In this document: positions 1 to 13,900 of the stretch, piece by piece | Position numbering within the stretch: the stretch's first letter is position 1 | Layout of the letters: each line of letters starts with the position of its first letter | Source of the DNA: Lenisia limosa | Taxonomy: Eukaryota > Protista > Breviatea | Assembly (NCBI GenBank): GCA_001655205.1 | Contig: LPNZ01011617.1 | Coordinates: 1-63,962, forward strand | DNA length: 63,962 nt | Direction of reading: 5' to 3' | Notes under the pieces: generated by a model | Databases searched by the model: none | Told to the model about the DNA's origin: nothing | The model's input: only the letters and a program-made list of their open reading frames with translations | Made by a program: the position numbers and the translations under genes

Positions 1-86
1 ATATCGGATTATAGTACAATATTAATACACCCAATCATTTGCCTTACAACTCTATGCACACAGCTTTCTGCGTACCTCCACAGCAT
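1..86 (-). repeat. Short dispersed repeat, copy A (runs off the window start)
   Basis: About 85 bp aligns by eye with 46170-46253 (shared core GGAGGTACGCAGAAAGCTGTGTGCAyAGAGTTGTrAGGCAA on the - strand); a shorter core recurs at 3673-3705. Confidence 0.8.
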
Positions 87-839
87 ACCTACAAGGATTA
101 GATTCATGAATAAGGACAATATGGACAATAGCCCCTGCATAATAAGTAGGCCCTCCTAAATCCGTCTTATGTCACAGATTCAGGAGGGGCCAGAGAGAGA
201 ATAATATTATCGTAAATATCGATAACGTCCTCAAAGGAGAACAGATTATAAGTGGCCCAATAGTAGGACTAGGTCTCAGGTGGAGAGATTCCCTAGTCTA
301 TGAGGCCGGTGAGGTTGCTTAGGAGAAGCGCCCTCAGTTTCGTTCAATGGGGTGTCATAAATGCAAAGAACGATATCGTTAATTTCTTGAGGAATGCAAG
401 ATTATATCCATTGGTACTAAGGTTCGGATGAGACGAGCAGCGTTGTAGGCGAAGTGTCTCGGTTGAGAACACAATCGACCATAACGCGTGAGTTGCCCGT
501 TCAAGACACCTTTTACAATATGTTTCTGAATAGTGGAATGGATATGTGGATTTTGACTATAAAACAAAAATCCCTGCGTTTATCGTATATTGAAGTATTG
601 ATATGATTCCTATGAATGTTAACCTGTATACCAAGATAACCCACTTCAGTTGCGGAAGCGGATGTTTGTGATAATTGCAGATAGTGCGGGTAGATAGGGT
701 CAATATCATCAGATGTTGGGATAATATGTTTATGGAAGCTATGATGAGTGAGTAGTAGACGATAATAGGATATAGTATACTATGATATGACATGCACATT
801 CCCAGGCTAACCAAGAACCTTGGCCGGACCACTGGGGGT

Positions 840-1862
840 ATTGTGAGTAATTCCCTCTTCCATGTAGCACGCGGCTTCCGCCCTGATCTCGGGAGATATC
901 AGGTCCTCTGAATGTCATGCGGGGTTGAAAAATCCAGACAAGCTGGCCTCTAATTAGCATACCTTTGAAACGGCAAACTTCAGCACCCTCTCGATAAAAC
1001 GCTTCATTGAGACTGGTCTGAATGGGAGGAATGTGTGCCGGTTTACTCGGCACTTCAACCTCCACAAGAACACGTGGAATTCTGATACAATTTGAGTACG
1101 TCATACAGGGGCTTGGGAGACACAGATTTATGCGACACCACAGAAGTCAATACCAGATTGTAGAACATGGTCATATGTGTCGTATTTTATATCAAGTCAT
1201 CAAACATATCATTTCAATTAATGACAGACCTCTCAGCGGTTCCTCCTCTCTCGTAAACTGTAATGAAGTGTGTCTAAATAATAACACTTGGGGCGGGGAG
1301 GGGGGAGACGCTATGAAGTCGATCTTCCCATCTCACATTGACGTAAGGAATTGGAGGCCTCTGCTCGTCTTTCACCTTCATAGTCAAATAAACTGTTAAC
1401 AAATACATCACAATAGAATCACTTAAAAAAATATGTGAGAAAACCCCCTGATATCAGTCCAAGGAAAAAGAGCGAACTTTGTCCATGAATGCTGTGAACT
1501 GAGAGTGTGCACTGGCCTTGAGGGGGATTCCTGACCAAGTTAATTATCCGTCGCATTCTCAAACGAAAATTGATGCTCCAAACCAACCTTCAACAACACC
1601 ATCCGGGGTGACCCCAATGACAACACGGCCACCACTTGTGTTGGCAAGAGCATTGATGTGAAGAGGAAGGATTTGGAGCAACTCTGGAGTCAATCTACCT
1701 CCATCTTCCGATCCACCAGGCTGAAGAAATAAATACAAGAAACAGTTAAAAGTTCATTAGCACCGGAAGCCTGGATACCATCAACTCGAGAGTTGCGCTT
1801 GGAAGGAAAGGAAACTGCTCATCAACGAAGAACGTGCGGTTACGAACCGCTTCAAATTTCAT
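840..1862 (-). CDS. AlbA_2 (Schlafen-like) domain protein, multi-exon; 3' end uncertain
   Basis: Hand-spliced: MKFEAVRNRTFFVDEQFPFLPSATLELMVSRLP...LQILPLHINALANTSGGRVVIGVTPDGVVEG...VLVEVEVPSKPAHIPPIQTSLNEAFYREGAEV. The A-x-A-N-T-x-G-G-x-x-x-I-G-V-x-x-D-G motif and the downstream IEVP...Y-R-x-G segment are typical of AlbA_2. Confidence 0.75.
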
Positions 1863-2311
1863 TGGTGGACTACTCTCTAGTGCTCTTCCCTACTTCTAAC
1901 AGCTTAACTTTGAACTTTGAACCTAGGAGCAACCTAGGAGATATATAATATCTATACACCTCCTAGTTTTGAACTTTGAACTTTAATGCATCAATAATCT
2001 GGGGGTATATTCACCCTAGAAACAGAAAGTCTAAACTGCAAAGGGCCAGGCAGCCTTTTTTCTGCTAAAAAGACTGACAGCCCGCGTTCTTCTGTGTATC
2101 GGAACCCCAGGTTCGTGGGAAAATTAAGTTCAAGTTCAAGTTCTAACTGGTACCTGGTGGTGCACGCACCCCTTTGGCTGCCTTTCGCCCTTTCGCCCTT
2201 TACACGCTTATAAATAATAATTTAAGGATAAGGTGGTTTTTCAATCATTTTTATTTTGCCTTTAATTATTGGTGAATCCAATCCATCAATCTTTGACACA
2301 GTTGCTCTGCA
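1863..2311. promoter_or_regulatory. Divergent (head-to-head) intergenic region with GAACTT(T) tandem motifs
   Basis: Lies between ATGs at 1862(-) and 2312(+). Contains (AACTTTG)n at about 1907-1923 and 1967-1984, and the reverse-oriented (AAGTTC)x3 at about 2126-2143. Function is inferred only. Confidence 0.35.
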
Positions 2312-4965
2312 ATGAAACCCCCTTTTGAAGGTATTTACAACATTCACAAAGAGATATTCAGCATTCGCTTACACCTTTAGAAGAAATTGACATTGCTGAC
2401 TTGGAGATTTCTGGTAGGGCTCTCTTCTGCCAACGCAAATATGGCTACTCTATAATGAAATGCCAAGAGCAACCCTTCACTTCAATTTTTGAATTCATAT
2501 TTTTATGTTGTGGTTAACAGACCAGGGAAGTACAATGAAGAAACAATTGAGGAATTGAACAGTGGGTGGTTGAAGAATGCATTTCCGTATTCTCTTCTTG
2601 CCCTCTGATATCTATCAGGTATTGAAGCCATATTCGGATCAGACTTCACCATCAATGCCAGGGGAACAAGTTGTACTTTTCAAGTAGGGGGGGGGGTTGT
2701 CAGTAGGGCCTATTTGCTTGCATCCTTTGGCTATAGCCTCTATATTCAATTGGTGAATTTTGAGGCAACTTGCTCCTGTGGTATCCTGTTTTTAGGGTTT
2801 ACTCAGCTCTGATAATATTGTTCAGATTGCTCTTTCGTTCCCAGTACCCGTGAAAGAGTTCACTGCAGTACTGACAGCTCCGTCTTCAAATCGGAAATGC
2901 CAGGTCAAGTATCTCCCAGCTGTCCTTCTGAAGTTTCTTCTTCCCCCACAGTACCCTGAAAGGCCGCCGCTATTTTCTCTGGTAGCACCCTGGCTGCCTC
3001 CCCCAATTAGAGCCGAGCTAGGGTCCAGGGTGTGTGGGGGTATGTGAATTGAGTGAGCGTTTATTTCAAAAGGAATGTGTTTTGTATTTATGCTAATTGC
3101 TTAGATTATAAAAGCTCAAGATGAAGTCCTTCCAGAGCCATGCATTTACAGTGTAGCTAATGTTATCATTGTATCGGGCTTTCTATCTTTCCTATTAGTG
3201 TTCTATCTGTTGTCTCTCCTCGTGATTTCTCCAGGATGATCTGGCTGATCTGATGATTGGCGGGTTGGATATCACAGTGAGCAACGAGACCATTGGGAAG
3301 GGTTTTGATGGCATTAACGCCTTCGCTATCATTGAAGCTCACCAACAGTTTGCCGGATGGTCAATAAATAGCTCACCACTTTTCCATATGATATCTCAAA
3401 TTTATAGCAAAGCGGCAATGGAAAGTCTCAATGGGAAAATGGTCTCTTGTCCTATTTGCTTTGAAGACAAAACAGGGTAAGGTTCAGGTGTATCTTTATT
3501 AGTCCTCCTATTGAGTCTCGCCAATAGAGCTGAATTTCTCCTCCACCACCACATCAATATAGTCGATCAAATAATGGCTCTCAGGACTAAAACTTCAAGC
3601 ATGTCAACAATATTTATGATAATATTATTCTATAAAGACTTTGATGTCTGCAATTCTAACTCTCTGGCAGTTCACAGAGTTGTAAGGCAAATGATTGGGT
3701 TATTATTAAATTATAATTGATGACGGCTTTGGCCATATTTGTTTTTTATTTCTTATTGCTATCAGTACCGAGTGTGTCTTTGTTGGGCGTTGCGAACATG
3801 TCATCTGCAAGAACTGTCTCCGAGACCTTTCGTCCCTACACATCACTGTTGGCTGGGCTCTTTGGAAATACAAGCCCCCTTTTTACAGTGATCTTTCCGC
3901 TCTTCCTCCTTGTGACACCTATGTAGTCCGGTGAAATCGAACTATTGCGTTGTCCCCTCCCCGATTGTTCCGAGGAATTATTACCACATCTTTTAAAAGA
4001 AGTTGTCCCACCCGAACTTCTGGCAAGGTGAGTAACATGAACAGTCTGGTCTTCTTTTCTGACCTTTTTCAAAGTTATGATCATACAGGTTCGAAGATCT
4101 GTCACTTAAGAAGGCTCTAGATTCCATGGTAAGTCCACTAGGTCTTTAATATATATATATATAAAAAGAGCTTGAAAGAGAAACATGGATAGGATTGATC
4201 TGAAAAGTCACTTTGCAGGATGGGGTATGCTGGTGCCCCAACCCTGAATGCGGGGGAGTCGGAATACAAGAGGACAACCTAAATATCTGTATGCTGGGCA
4301 TGTAAGACAAATGGTTGCGTGAAAATGGCCAACTACTAGGAAGGAATAATAAGCATTTCAACTTCTGCATTTTCCATGTAATTCGTGCCACTTAGTTCAA
4401 TGCAACTCTTGTGCCAATGTGTACTGCAGCAAGTGTCAGGGTGCATCGCATGGTACAGAACCCTGCAAGCCAAGGGGCTCAATCAAGGCTGTTTTTGTAT
4501 GTGGCGTAGTCTAATCTTATTTTCATCTTAATCTTCCAGGACAACTCCACTCAAGAGTTCAAGATCGAATGCGAAGTCGAAGATGACGTCACCAGATATG
4601 GCGAAGCTTATAAGAACGAGCTTCTCAGCTTGTGGGTCATGATGTTAGGGTGAAGTATTTCCGTGTTCAACAGCCTTGCATCTCATCAGACTAGAGCAAT
4701 GATGAACAAGACTACCACACAATGTCCCAAGTGTCGCTGTAGTATTGAGAAATCTGAAGGTGGGCCTTTCGTTGCAATTGACTCTTTAGGATGTAACCAT
4801 ATGACGTGTCGATGTGGTCACGAGTTTTGCTTCATTTGCCTCAGAGACTACACCGTATGCATTATTTGCCCTCTTTTGACTAATTTGTCTTTGCAGATTG
4901 ACCACTTCATTCAATATGGTTGTGTATTTAGTGATGGCTTAACATGGGACCATTTTTATGGCTGA
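2312..4965 (+). CDS. RNF14: RWD-domain RBR E3 ubiquitin ligase (RNF14/Itt1-like), multi-exon
   Basis: RWD: EELNSIEAIFG...LPPQYPERPPLFSLVAPWL. RING1: CPICFEDKTGTECVFVGRCEHVICKNC...LRCPLPDC. IBR: WCPNPEC...QCNSCANVYCSKCQGASHGTEPC. RING2: [29 protein letters not shown], catalytic Cys intact. Confidence 0.85.
3673..3705 (+). repeat. Short dispersed repeat, partial copy B, inside an RNF14-like intron
   Basis: CACAGAGTTGTAAGGCAAATGATTGGG matches the reverse complement of copy A; it lies in the intron (about 3479-3765) that splits RING1. Confidence 0.65.
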
Positions 4966-5039
4966 AGGCTGTGTGCAACTCCCGTTTCCTGTTTCTTACC
5001 CATATTTTTGCTTTCTGCTGTTGAGAATTTTTCCATGTT

Positions 5040-7575
5040 TCCTTTATTTTTCTTGAAATTAAGTAGTAAATTAATGTATCTCTAGGAAAATAATTTGGTT
5101 ACCTTTTGAACATATTCACCCAATTTTTGTTTCTAAAAGAGGTTAGAAAAGCCAAATAAATCAATGGATGAAGACTCCAACCAAAATGCCTTCTAACCTC
5201 AATAGCTTCTCTGAGGGCTTTGAACATGTTTGCAAACTGGGACATGTTGTGCCTGACAAATGAGGAAACTAAAACTATTTCCCGTTCATTCAACAGACCC
5301 AGCAACAAAACGTTCACAAAATATTAACCCTTTGAAATGGTCAAATCGATCATCTGGAAGAAAATGTAACAAACATTGTCAAATAGACGTGGGCGTTCAT
5401 CTCGTGGGCTCGAAGGAGATGCAGTAAATACGCCCGGGTGAATGACGCACAACTGAAATGTCAATCAAAATTGAAACCATTTTTACAAACCAGCTGCAGT
5501 AACAGTCAGCCAGAACTGGCTCAAACTCCTGTGACAGTCAATTCAGTTCGTGATTCAGTAAAGAAAAAAGGAGGCTTCAGGCTTACGGTGTAATGAGAAA
5601 GACTCCACAAGTTGAGGATTCCCTTGGAAACCGGTGCAACATCAGGGGCATTCATAGCACTAGTACCGGCAGACAGTACTGACGGCCTCGAATCTAATTA
5701 GTCATATAGTCAAATAAACTCCGATGAAGAAGCAGTGATTCAACATACCTTCCTTGGGCTCTACCTTCTTCTCTTTTGGTTCAATTTTGGATTCTTCTTC
5801 TGAGAAATGAGAAACAATCATTAAAAAGGACAAAGACCAGCCTACTAATACCACTTACCCAGGGATCGTTTTCTCTTATGAGGAGGTGAGCTGCATGATT
5901 TATCCTTTTGTGCCATAATAGCTATATGGTTAGACTTGACTTTGCATGTAACCGATAAGTATCACTTTGGTAGGATCGAAATAAAGCTCCAAATATGTCC
6001 TTCAAACCTTCAAAAGAAAGGTCATACAGAATTGCCTTGCCTTCTAAAGCAAGCTTTGAAGGGTAGTCAGACGCCACCAAATCCACGCCCCGCGTGACAG
6101 CCGCCAGACATCCAATAATGTCCAAGTCGCATGCCATGGCTCGGACCTTTTCCGTCGGTAAGCGAGATGTTAGATCACCGATCATTTCACACGTTTTTTC
6201 AAGAGGCATATCGATGAAAACGCCTTCAATTGAGAAACCTGGGAGTTAAATGGGCGCCATGTTCATACCATCAGTTTTGGCCTCAATTGCAGCTTTGCAT
6301 GAGTCAGCACGTGGGGGGTCAGAAGACCCCATAACCGCAGCCATAGTCTATTGACGTGACGCACAAGGGTATTTGAATATTGAAAAGAGAGCTACGTATC
6401 ATATAGTATAATTATCACTCACCAGGATTCCAGCCTCGCGGATTTTGGGAGTCCGCTCCGACCACTTCTTGGTTCGCTCAACAGTTTGCTGGGTCTTTTT
6501 CCTCGAAATATCCGAAGACTGCAGAGAAGTGAGTATCTGGTATCACGGGCCATTTATCTTGATATTGTATAACGGGCCATTTATCTTGATATTGTATACG
6601 GGCCATTTATCTGGTATCACGGGGCCATCAAATCATCCCCAGGTACATGGATATTATGATCATTTGAAAATCAAATTTACTACTGTTGCAACCCCCCCCC
6701 CNNNNNNNNNNNNNNNNNNNNNNNNNNNNNNNNNNNNNNNNNNNNNNNNNNNNNNNNNNNNNNNNNNNNNNNNNNNNNNNNNNNNNNNNNNNNNNNNNNN
6801 NNNGGAAAGAATATGAACAAAAAGCCTCGCACCTTTGGGCTGTCTGAAATCATAGTTACCATGTCTGGCCTCATGGCAATTACCCATTGCTCCCATTGCT
6901 CAGTAGTAATCTGAAAGTTTACGTGGAGGTGTGCAATTGTGCAATAATATAATCATAATAAATATCAAACTCTCCAACAACCCATATTAAACACCTCTAG
7001 TGTGGAAGAAACAAAAGAGGTAGCATCAGGCCCTTTACCTTAATCCGGCCCGCTTTGGTGTTGACTGAAACACCCTCTGCTGTCTTGTTGGCGAACCCCT
7101 CAGCCGACCTCTCCGCTGCAACATCCCGCATTCCGGCCCAAAGCAGCACTGACGGTGGCGTCTGGAGAATCATGGTTGTTGCCAATCTCAGACTCTATTC
7201 ACAACAAACATTCGAGAAAGTCCTGAGAAGGCTGTTAGACTCGGGGTACTTTTCGTTAAGGGCCTTTTCCAGTGGTAAGGCCGGGCATTCGTACCTTAAC
7301 GGTCAGGCTAATAGAGTTGCGAAGGGTAACAAACAGTTCACCAATGGGACAATGGACAACTGCATCTCCAAGATTTGCTTCCACCTCCTGCTGATGAGAA
7401 AAGAATATTGGTATAATACTGCTTCTTTAACACCCCTCACATCAGCGCAAAGATAGGGGATGGTGCCTCTCCTCCCTGTAGGTACAAAAGATGGGGTCGT
7501 GATGGTCATAGAGGAAAGGGTCAAACAACCTGCTCGTCCATTTGCAGAGGTTTTTAAAACCTCAAATGACACCAT
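5040..7575 (-). CDS. QTRT2: Queuine tRNA-ribosyltransferase accessory subunit-like, multi-exon; spans N gap 6702-6803
   Basis: N-terminus MVSFEVLKTSANGRAGCLTL...ITTPSFVPTGRRGTIPYL; middle ...GCLAAVTRGVDLVASDYP; C-terminus CASFTRAYLLHLLRAHEMNAHVLL..HNMSQFANMFKALREAIE (TGT zinc-binding end, QTRT2 type). Last exon uncertain. Confidence 0.85.
6541..6628. repeat. Intronic minisatellite, about 27-bp unit x3-4
   Basis: TATCACGGGCCATTTATCTTGATATTG repeated in tandem with minor variants. Confidence 0.85.
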
Positions 7576-7962
7576 TGCAGAGGGCAGAAAGAACAGAACA
7601 GAAAGACAGAAAGAACGAAAACACCACCCTGTACCCTCCAGGTGCTCCGAGCGATTGCGGGCCTGCGGGTGTCAAGAGTTAAAAGAAAGGTCCGAAAACA
7701 CGAATACCTGAATACGCCCCCACACGCAGCCAGCGCCTTGAGCTAATTAACTTTGACTGGTATTTTACCAGAAATATTTATCATATTTATTCTTTTTTAT
7801 CTATGAAAACAAAGTATAATATTCATAAATATGAGAATTCAATCATTGTAATATGATTGCAAGCTTCAAATATTTCCTTCCGCTTTCTCCGTTTGTTCAC
7901 TCCGTTTTGTCCGCTTATTAGTTTTTAAGTTTATTATGATGATAAATTTTTCTTTGAATTTA

Positions 7963-10900
7963 GTTACGCTACTAGCGCTCTTATCTATAAGCAAATTATC
8001 AATAGATTAGGTTGTGCTGCTCGTTGTGCAACCTTGAACTTCCATAGGTTGGCCATTCTGCTTCAATTAAATACGCATCCCATGTCTTTTTTATTGATTC
8101 TTGATTGAGCCGTTGCTTGGTGGAGCTAGGAAGAGAAGCTTTATGATTGGTTGAGGTCATTTTGAACTCGTCTTATGGCATAGGACTCAGGCTGTTCACA
8201 ATGAGTCACAACATATCTCCCTTTAACATTGACAATGCTTTTACTCGGAAGGTATGATTGCGGCTCTTTACCTTTCTTTGGTGATGGTAGATATTTTTAT
8301 CAGCTGCCTTGACCTGACATTGTTCAGGGAAGAGACTACAGTTACAATGATATTTCTCCAATCATGCAAAAGTAGGACAAGGAAAGTCCAATTGTCACCT
8401 TATGTTTAGGATAGATTGCTTTGTTCTGACTTTCAATGAAAAGAGTGTCGAGTCATTGTTCAATAACATACTCGGTGATTGTCACAAACAGTTACCGCGC
8501 TTTACTTTGCCAATGTGGGTGATTGAGAAACAGTGCAGTAATACCATTGAGACCCTCAATACCGTGTTTCTTTTGTTTCTAAGTCTTTAGCGCCTTTCAA
8601 AAGGCTTTCAGCTCAGTTTATTTGGATGATTCAAACTCTTTGTCTTCCTTTACCGATAGTCAATGTCAATGGATCTTCGAATTTTGTCTATTCCCATGGC
8701 AGTTCCACTTCCTGAAGTTTGTTGTGTTGAAGCGATTCGAAGGAGGATTCGAAGACAACATCGCATTCATCAACAGTTTGAACCAGCTCTTTCAAGAAGC
8801 GGTTTGATGGGCACTGACTCTTTTTCATTCGTGCCATTTTGGACAAAAAGGTTTCTCATAATTAGGATATTAAGTCAAGCCGATGGATTTCTTTCGCCTT
8901 AAAAATAGCCAAACATTTGAAAAAGTATCATTGTGAGGAGTATCCAACATTACAGGTGAGTTGTAATTTGCTGATGACCATGTAGTCTTCTCATGTCACA
9001 CTCACTGATGAGCAATTTGAAGCAGGAAATAGGTTCGAAGACAGTCCAAAATCTGAATTGTATCTAACTTAAGTAGACTTATTCCGTACTATATCTTAAG
9101 CTTTTCACCTCACGGTTTGGCAACAATATAGTTGTGAAGTTGTCCTCATTATTACAGAGCTTCCCCTTGACTTACTACCAATTGAGCTACGGGTTAAACT
9201 TGATCGGTAGGCATTCTCTCATCTCCTCTTTTCCAGTTATATCAAAACGAGCTGTACTCCATTCACCCTTACCAAATACAGATACTTGGAGGACATTGCA
9301 AATGGAATAAAACACTCTAACGCATATCTGTAAAGGACTATTTACCACACCTGACGATTTAGTCAAGAATATTTTCCTTTCTATGGTCAACTATCCCGTT
9401 CGAAACACTATCATAGTGTCTATTCAGAGATTACCCGTTACACTCTTGGCCTAAAGCAGAACGTGAATGATACACATGGCTTGGATTATATTACCTCATA
9501 TTTCGGCATCTTCTATCAGAAATGGAAATATGACTCGGGAAACAGGGTATGTTGTTTGAAACATCATTCTAATCCACTCTAGGCTGATGTTAACAAGGAA
9601 TTTGAAAAGATATACCAGAAGCAACAAATACAAGCAATTCGTGTTTGGTACGACTTCACCAGAAGCGAGGAACTGAGTTCATCTGTTCTCAATCCTCTCA
9701 TTGCAGATATTGATACATTAAGGCCGATTCCTGTTGAAAAGAGACAATATACTAGCCAGAAACAGAAAGAACTGGATTCAATTCGAAAGTCCATTAAGGT
9801 TGGAGTTTTTGAGGAAAATTTTATGCTCTTATCTTGATTTCCATACACACCCTGTTGACATTCCTAGGCGACACTATCCAGTAACTCAACACCTTCGTCC
9901 CCTGTGCTTCCCTTTACACCTGATACTACACCTTTGGGTTGGTTTGCTGGGCTCTTATTGAAACAATTTAAATAATCGTTCCATTAGAAAAAAATATTCA
10001 AAGATGTCAGTGTGATGGTTTTCAGAGGTTGAGTACATTGGTAAAAACTCTGCACACTTCATATTTTTACAGAATGTTTCTGGTTGTCGAGAATAATTGT
10101 CAATCTTGATTTTCAAGAAGAGTGTTTAGAAAGCAAAATGAATTGAAAATATGAAAAGGAGACAATGTTTGATTTTTCTTCCTTTGTTTGATTCGTTTTT
10201 GATAATCAACATAAATGCACCATTTCCTTCTAGAATGAAAATCCCAAAGCATTCAAGAAGAGAAGTTTATTTGCTCAGACAGTACTGTTCAATCTGAAGA
10301 CCCCCTTCCGGTTACAAAGACCAAAAAGCCCAGAAAGCAAAAGAAGAACAAGAAGGAAAAGGAAAAACAACGTAGGAAGGAAGAAGCAGAACAGAGACAG
10401 ATTCTTGAAGAGGCTAGACTCAAGGAAGAGAAGGAATGTGAAGAAAAAGAGAAGGCTGAAGAAAAAGAGAATGCTGAAGCACAAAAGAAACTGGAAGAAG
10501 AGAAGCAAGCCCTTGTGGAAGATGCGGAGAGAGAAGCGGAAAAGGCGTCTGTTATTAATGCTTTGCAGGTTGGGCATACCTGTTTGGACATAATATATAT
10601 TTTTTTTCATTATGTCCATTTGACTGTTTACTGTTGAAGGTACGACAGATGATCGAAAAGCTTGCAGCGGAACACTGGGAGAACTCTGATGATGATAACC
10701 TTGATGACAGCGACTCTGATGTTGAAGATGCACAAGACTTCCCAGGCTCCATGAGACAGGATTTCCAAAAGGTATAGACCATTTTCAGGACCGCATTGAC
10801 CTCTCAGTATTTTGTGGACGAAGGACTTGAAGTGGCTCTCACCAGGGAGGCTCTGGAGGAGATCAATAAGCTGGATAAAGACTATTGCAAAATGGTTTGT

Positions 10901-13900
10901 TTGTGTTCTTGATTGATTTAACTGTCAAGGTGCTTTACAAGATCATGTACTCTTCAACCTACCTTCACGATTGGAACGAGTGAGCTACTTCGTCAAACCG
11001 CCTTTTCTTCACTTTTCTTTTCACTATTTTATTTACACAAGTAGATGGGTAGTCTCCAAAGAAGAATACGACATCCGGACATTCAAGTTCGACATCAACG
11101 GTATGAAGACTTTGGCGAGTTTTAATATTTGTTCTTCTCTCATTATAACCAACAGGAACTGCGTGGTACCTTGTGGCGCGAATTGGCCTTGATTTCTCAC
11201 TCAAATATTCAAAAGAAGAAGCGCTGTATGTTGCTAACTCTTAACATAACCGCACTTCATTCCCGCTTATGATTTTTGAAATTGTGACATGGTATCTGAC
11301 TTCACAGGTACTCAAACGTACTTCGTATCCACAACTTTGTGTCAGAAAAAGGCCTCGGAGCCGCCATCACAGGATCTTTGAAGGTGAGGAACCATATGTT
11401 CATCCAATTAGTATAAGAACTGTTCCATAAATTGAAATAGTGAGATTCTTATTTTTAGGCTTACGTTATTGGTGAACAATCATTGGGAAGAAAGGCCGTG
11501 TTTAGAAACAAGTATGTTGTGTTAACAGTTGTCCTAATTTACCCTCCCAGGACAACAAAAGAGGTTGATTCGGTGATGCATGATGGTGGGTGACTTCTGC
11601 TTCTGTTGGGTTTAACCGTTCTAGATGTTGTATACCGGGTTTCTGTGACTGGAGAGGAGCCTAACATTGTGTACTACACGCCTCCGGCTGAACTCAACGG
11701 TGGCATTTCCTGGCACATTAATATCCTCAGGCGATGCCAAAACTGTCCTGAAGTTCTTCACTGTTACTACAGGCCTCGCTGAAACACTTTTCCAAGGATC
11801 AAGTAGGGAAGTTTAGGAGTAGTCGAATTCATTATTTAGAAAAGAGCCTTCATCTTCCTTTCCGTGTGTCAAGCCTAGAAAACGAGATCATCAACCTCCC
11901 GAACACCCAAGCCTCTATTCTCCTTGGAAGGTAGGCCAATAACAGTTTTTTTATTATCTGTGTTACCAAATTCTTCAATCATCTCTTAAATGGTTTATGA
12001 TAATTCTTCAATCATCTTTTACATGATTTATGATAAATCAGGTCTTTTTTGAAGCGAAAAAGGGATAAGCTCAGTTTTCTTCAAATGAAATTTCACGATC
12101 AGGTCTGGTACCGGCAAGACAACATGTGCTGTTTACAAAATGTTTTCGGATCATAAGGCCTCAGTAAGCCATGTTTACTTCCATTTTTTTATCTCTATTT
12201 AGATTGAAAAGGGGAATACTTACAAGCAAATGTTCCTTACCTCCTCTCCTGAGCTCGTGGTATGCTGTTCATTCTCAAATTACCGCTTAGAAATCGGTCA
12301 AAGAGCAGTTCACTCAATTCTGCCAAGCTTCAGCACTTGCCAAGTCTGAAGCTTTGAATATTACTTTTTGGCACATTTCCAGTTTTATTGCTATGAAATA
12401 CTTTTCACATGTCTTATGGTTTCAGAGCCCCTAAAGCTTCTCCTCCTTCAAACTTCAACAATCTTAACAACGCACATTATCCTCTCTTCCTCAGTATGTT
12501 TTTCACATTGCTTCTTTTATTACAATGCAGCGACGCGTCAGTTCATCAAGATGTTGGACGCGTCAAGTGACAACAGTTTCCTTTCAAGTTTGCTTCCTCG
12601 TTACAATTTAACTTCTCAGTCATCATTAACACCGCAAATGCTCATCGTTCTGAGGACAAACAGCTGAGTGTCGATAGTATGCTTGTTCTTTTATGGTAAC
12701 CCTAGACGCCAACATTTTCCCCGTTCACCGCGTGTCAGACATCAATGACCGATTAGCTGAGCAAGATGAGTCCAGGGTGAGTATTATCCGTTTTTATTAG
12801 CTTCATGTTTTTAGGGTGTTGTTGAAATGACATTGCGGGTATTTAAAGACCGGTTTTTCAAAGAAATTTGCAAATACTACCCTGATGACCCCAACTTCGA
12901 AAACGAGTTTGCTTTTTGGCTTGACATAAAACAGTTTCTATTCCAACGTGACCTTGTAGAATCGACAACCTCGGCTACATGACTCTATTCACGGAGTATC
13001 AAACGCATTTTCGAGGATCATGGGATGCCTTGAAGAACAGTAAAGGTGTCATACCATTGTATGTTGGGCACGTATCTCATTTATTAAGGTTCTAGGTAAT
13101 TCTTGAAAACTCAACCTTTAGGAATACCTACTTAAGTAATGAGAAGAGAACTCACTTAAATAAGCAACAAAGAAGAACAGTAGGCTCAAAGTGGTTCAAA
13201 TTGAAACTGTACTAAGTATTTTTCATCTTTGAGGTGTACCGAGCTCTTGAGGCCTTCACTAGAATCAAGAAGAGGAAGAGTACAACGAACATGTTTGGAG
13301 GATTTGATAAAACAATATATATTGTCCCCATACATACAACTAGAATTCTATTATTTTACTGAACCATTTAGCTACTATGACGAACTTGATATTGTTCACC
13401 ACATATTTGACACTCACCTTGGTGGGCTGAGATCAATTGTTTAGTGATTGTACTACTATATTGTGATCTTATTAGAATTCCCTGAATTTGACACGCTTTA
13501 CGTTGATGAAGTACAAGATCTCACCATTTCTTCAATTGCTCTCACGTTCTAGTTTGTGGGGGGCTCATCTTAATATAATATATCGATAATGAAATACGAT
13601 GGTATTTTTGAGATAATAGCATACCATAGTTAAATATATTACTATTGCTATATGATATAATATGATATAATATGATATATATATGATATATATATGATAT
13701 ATATATGATATTATTTATTATATGTATCAGATAATCATTTTACAATATTATATCATATGGGCTTTGTTTATGATTTAGTTCGACCAAGAAGGTGTCCGGA
13801 CTGTTCTACACAGGAGACACTTGTCAGACCATATCCCAAGGAGTAGGGTTCAGGTGGGTTCCATGCTGAGTCATCACTTTTGCATATCATACATATGTTT

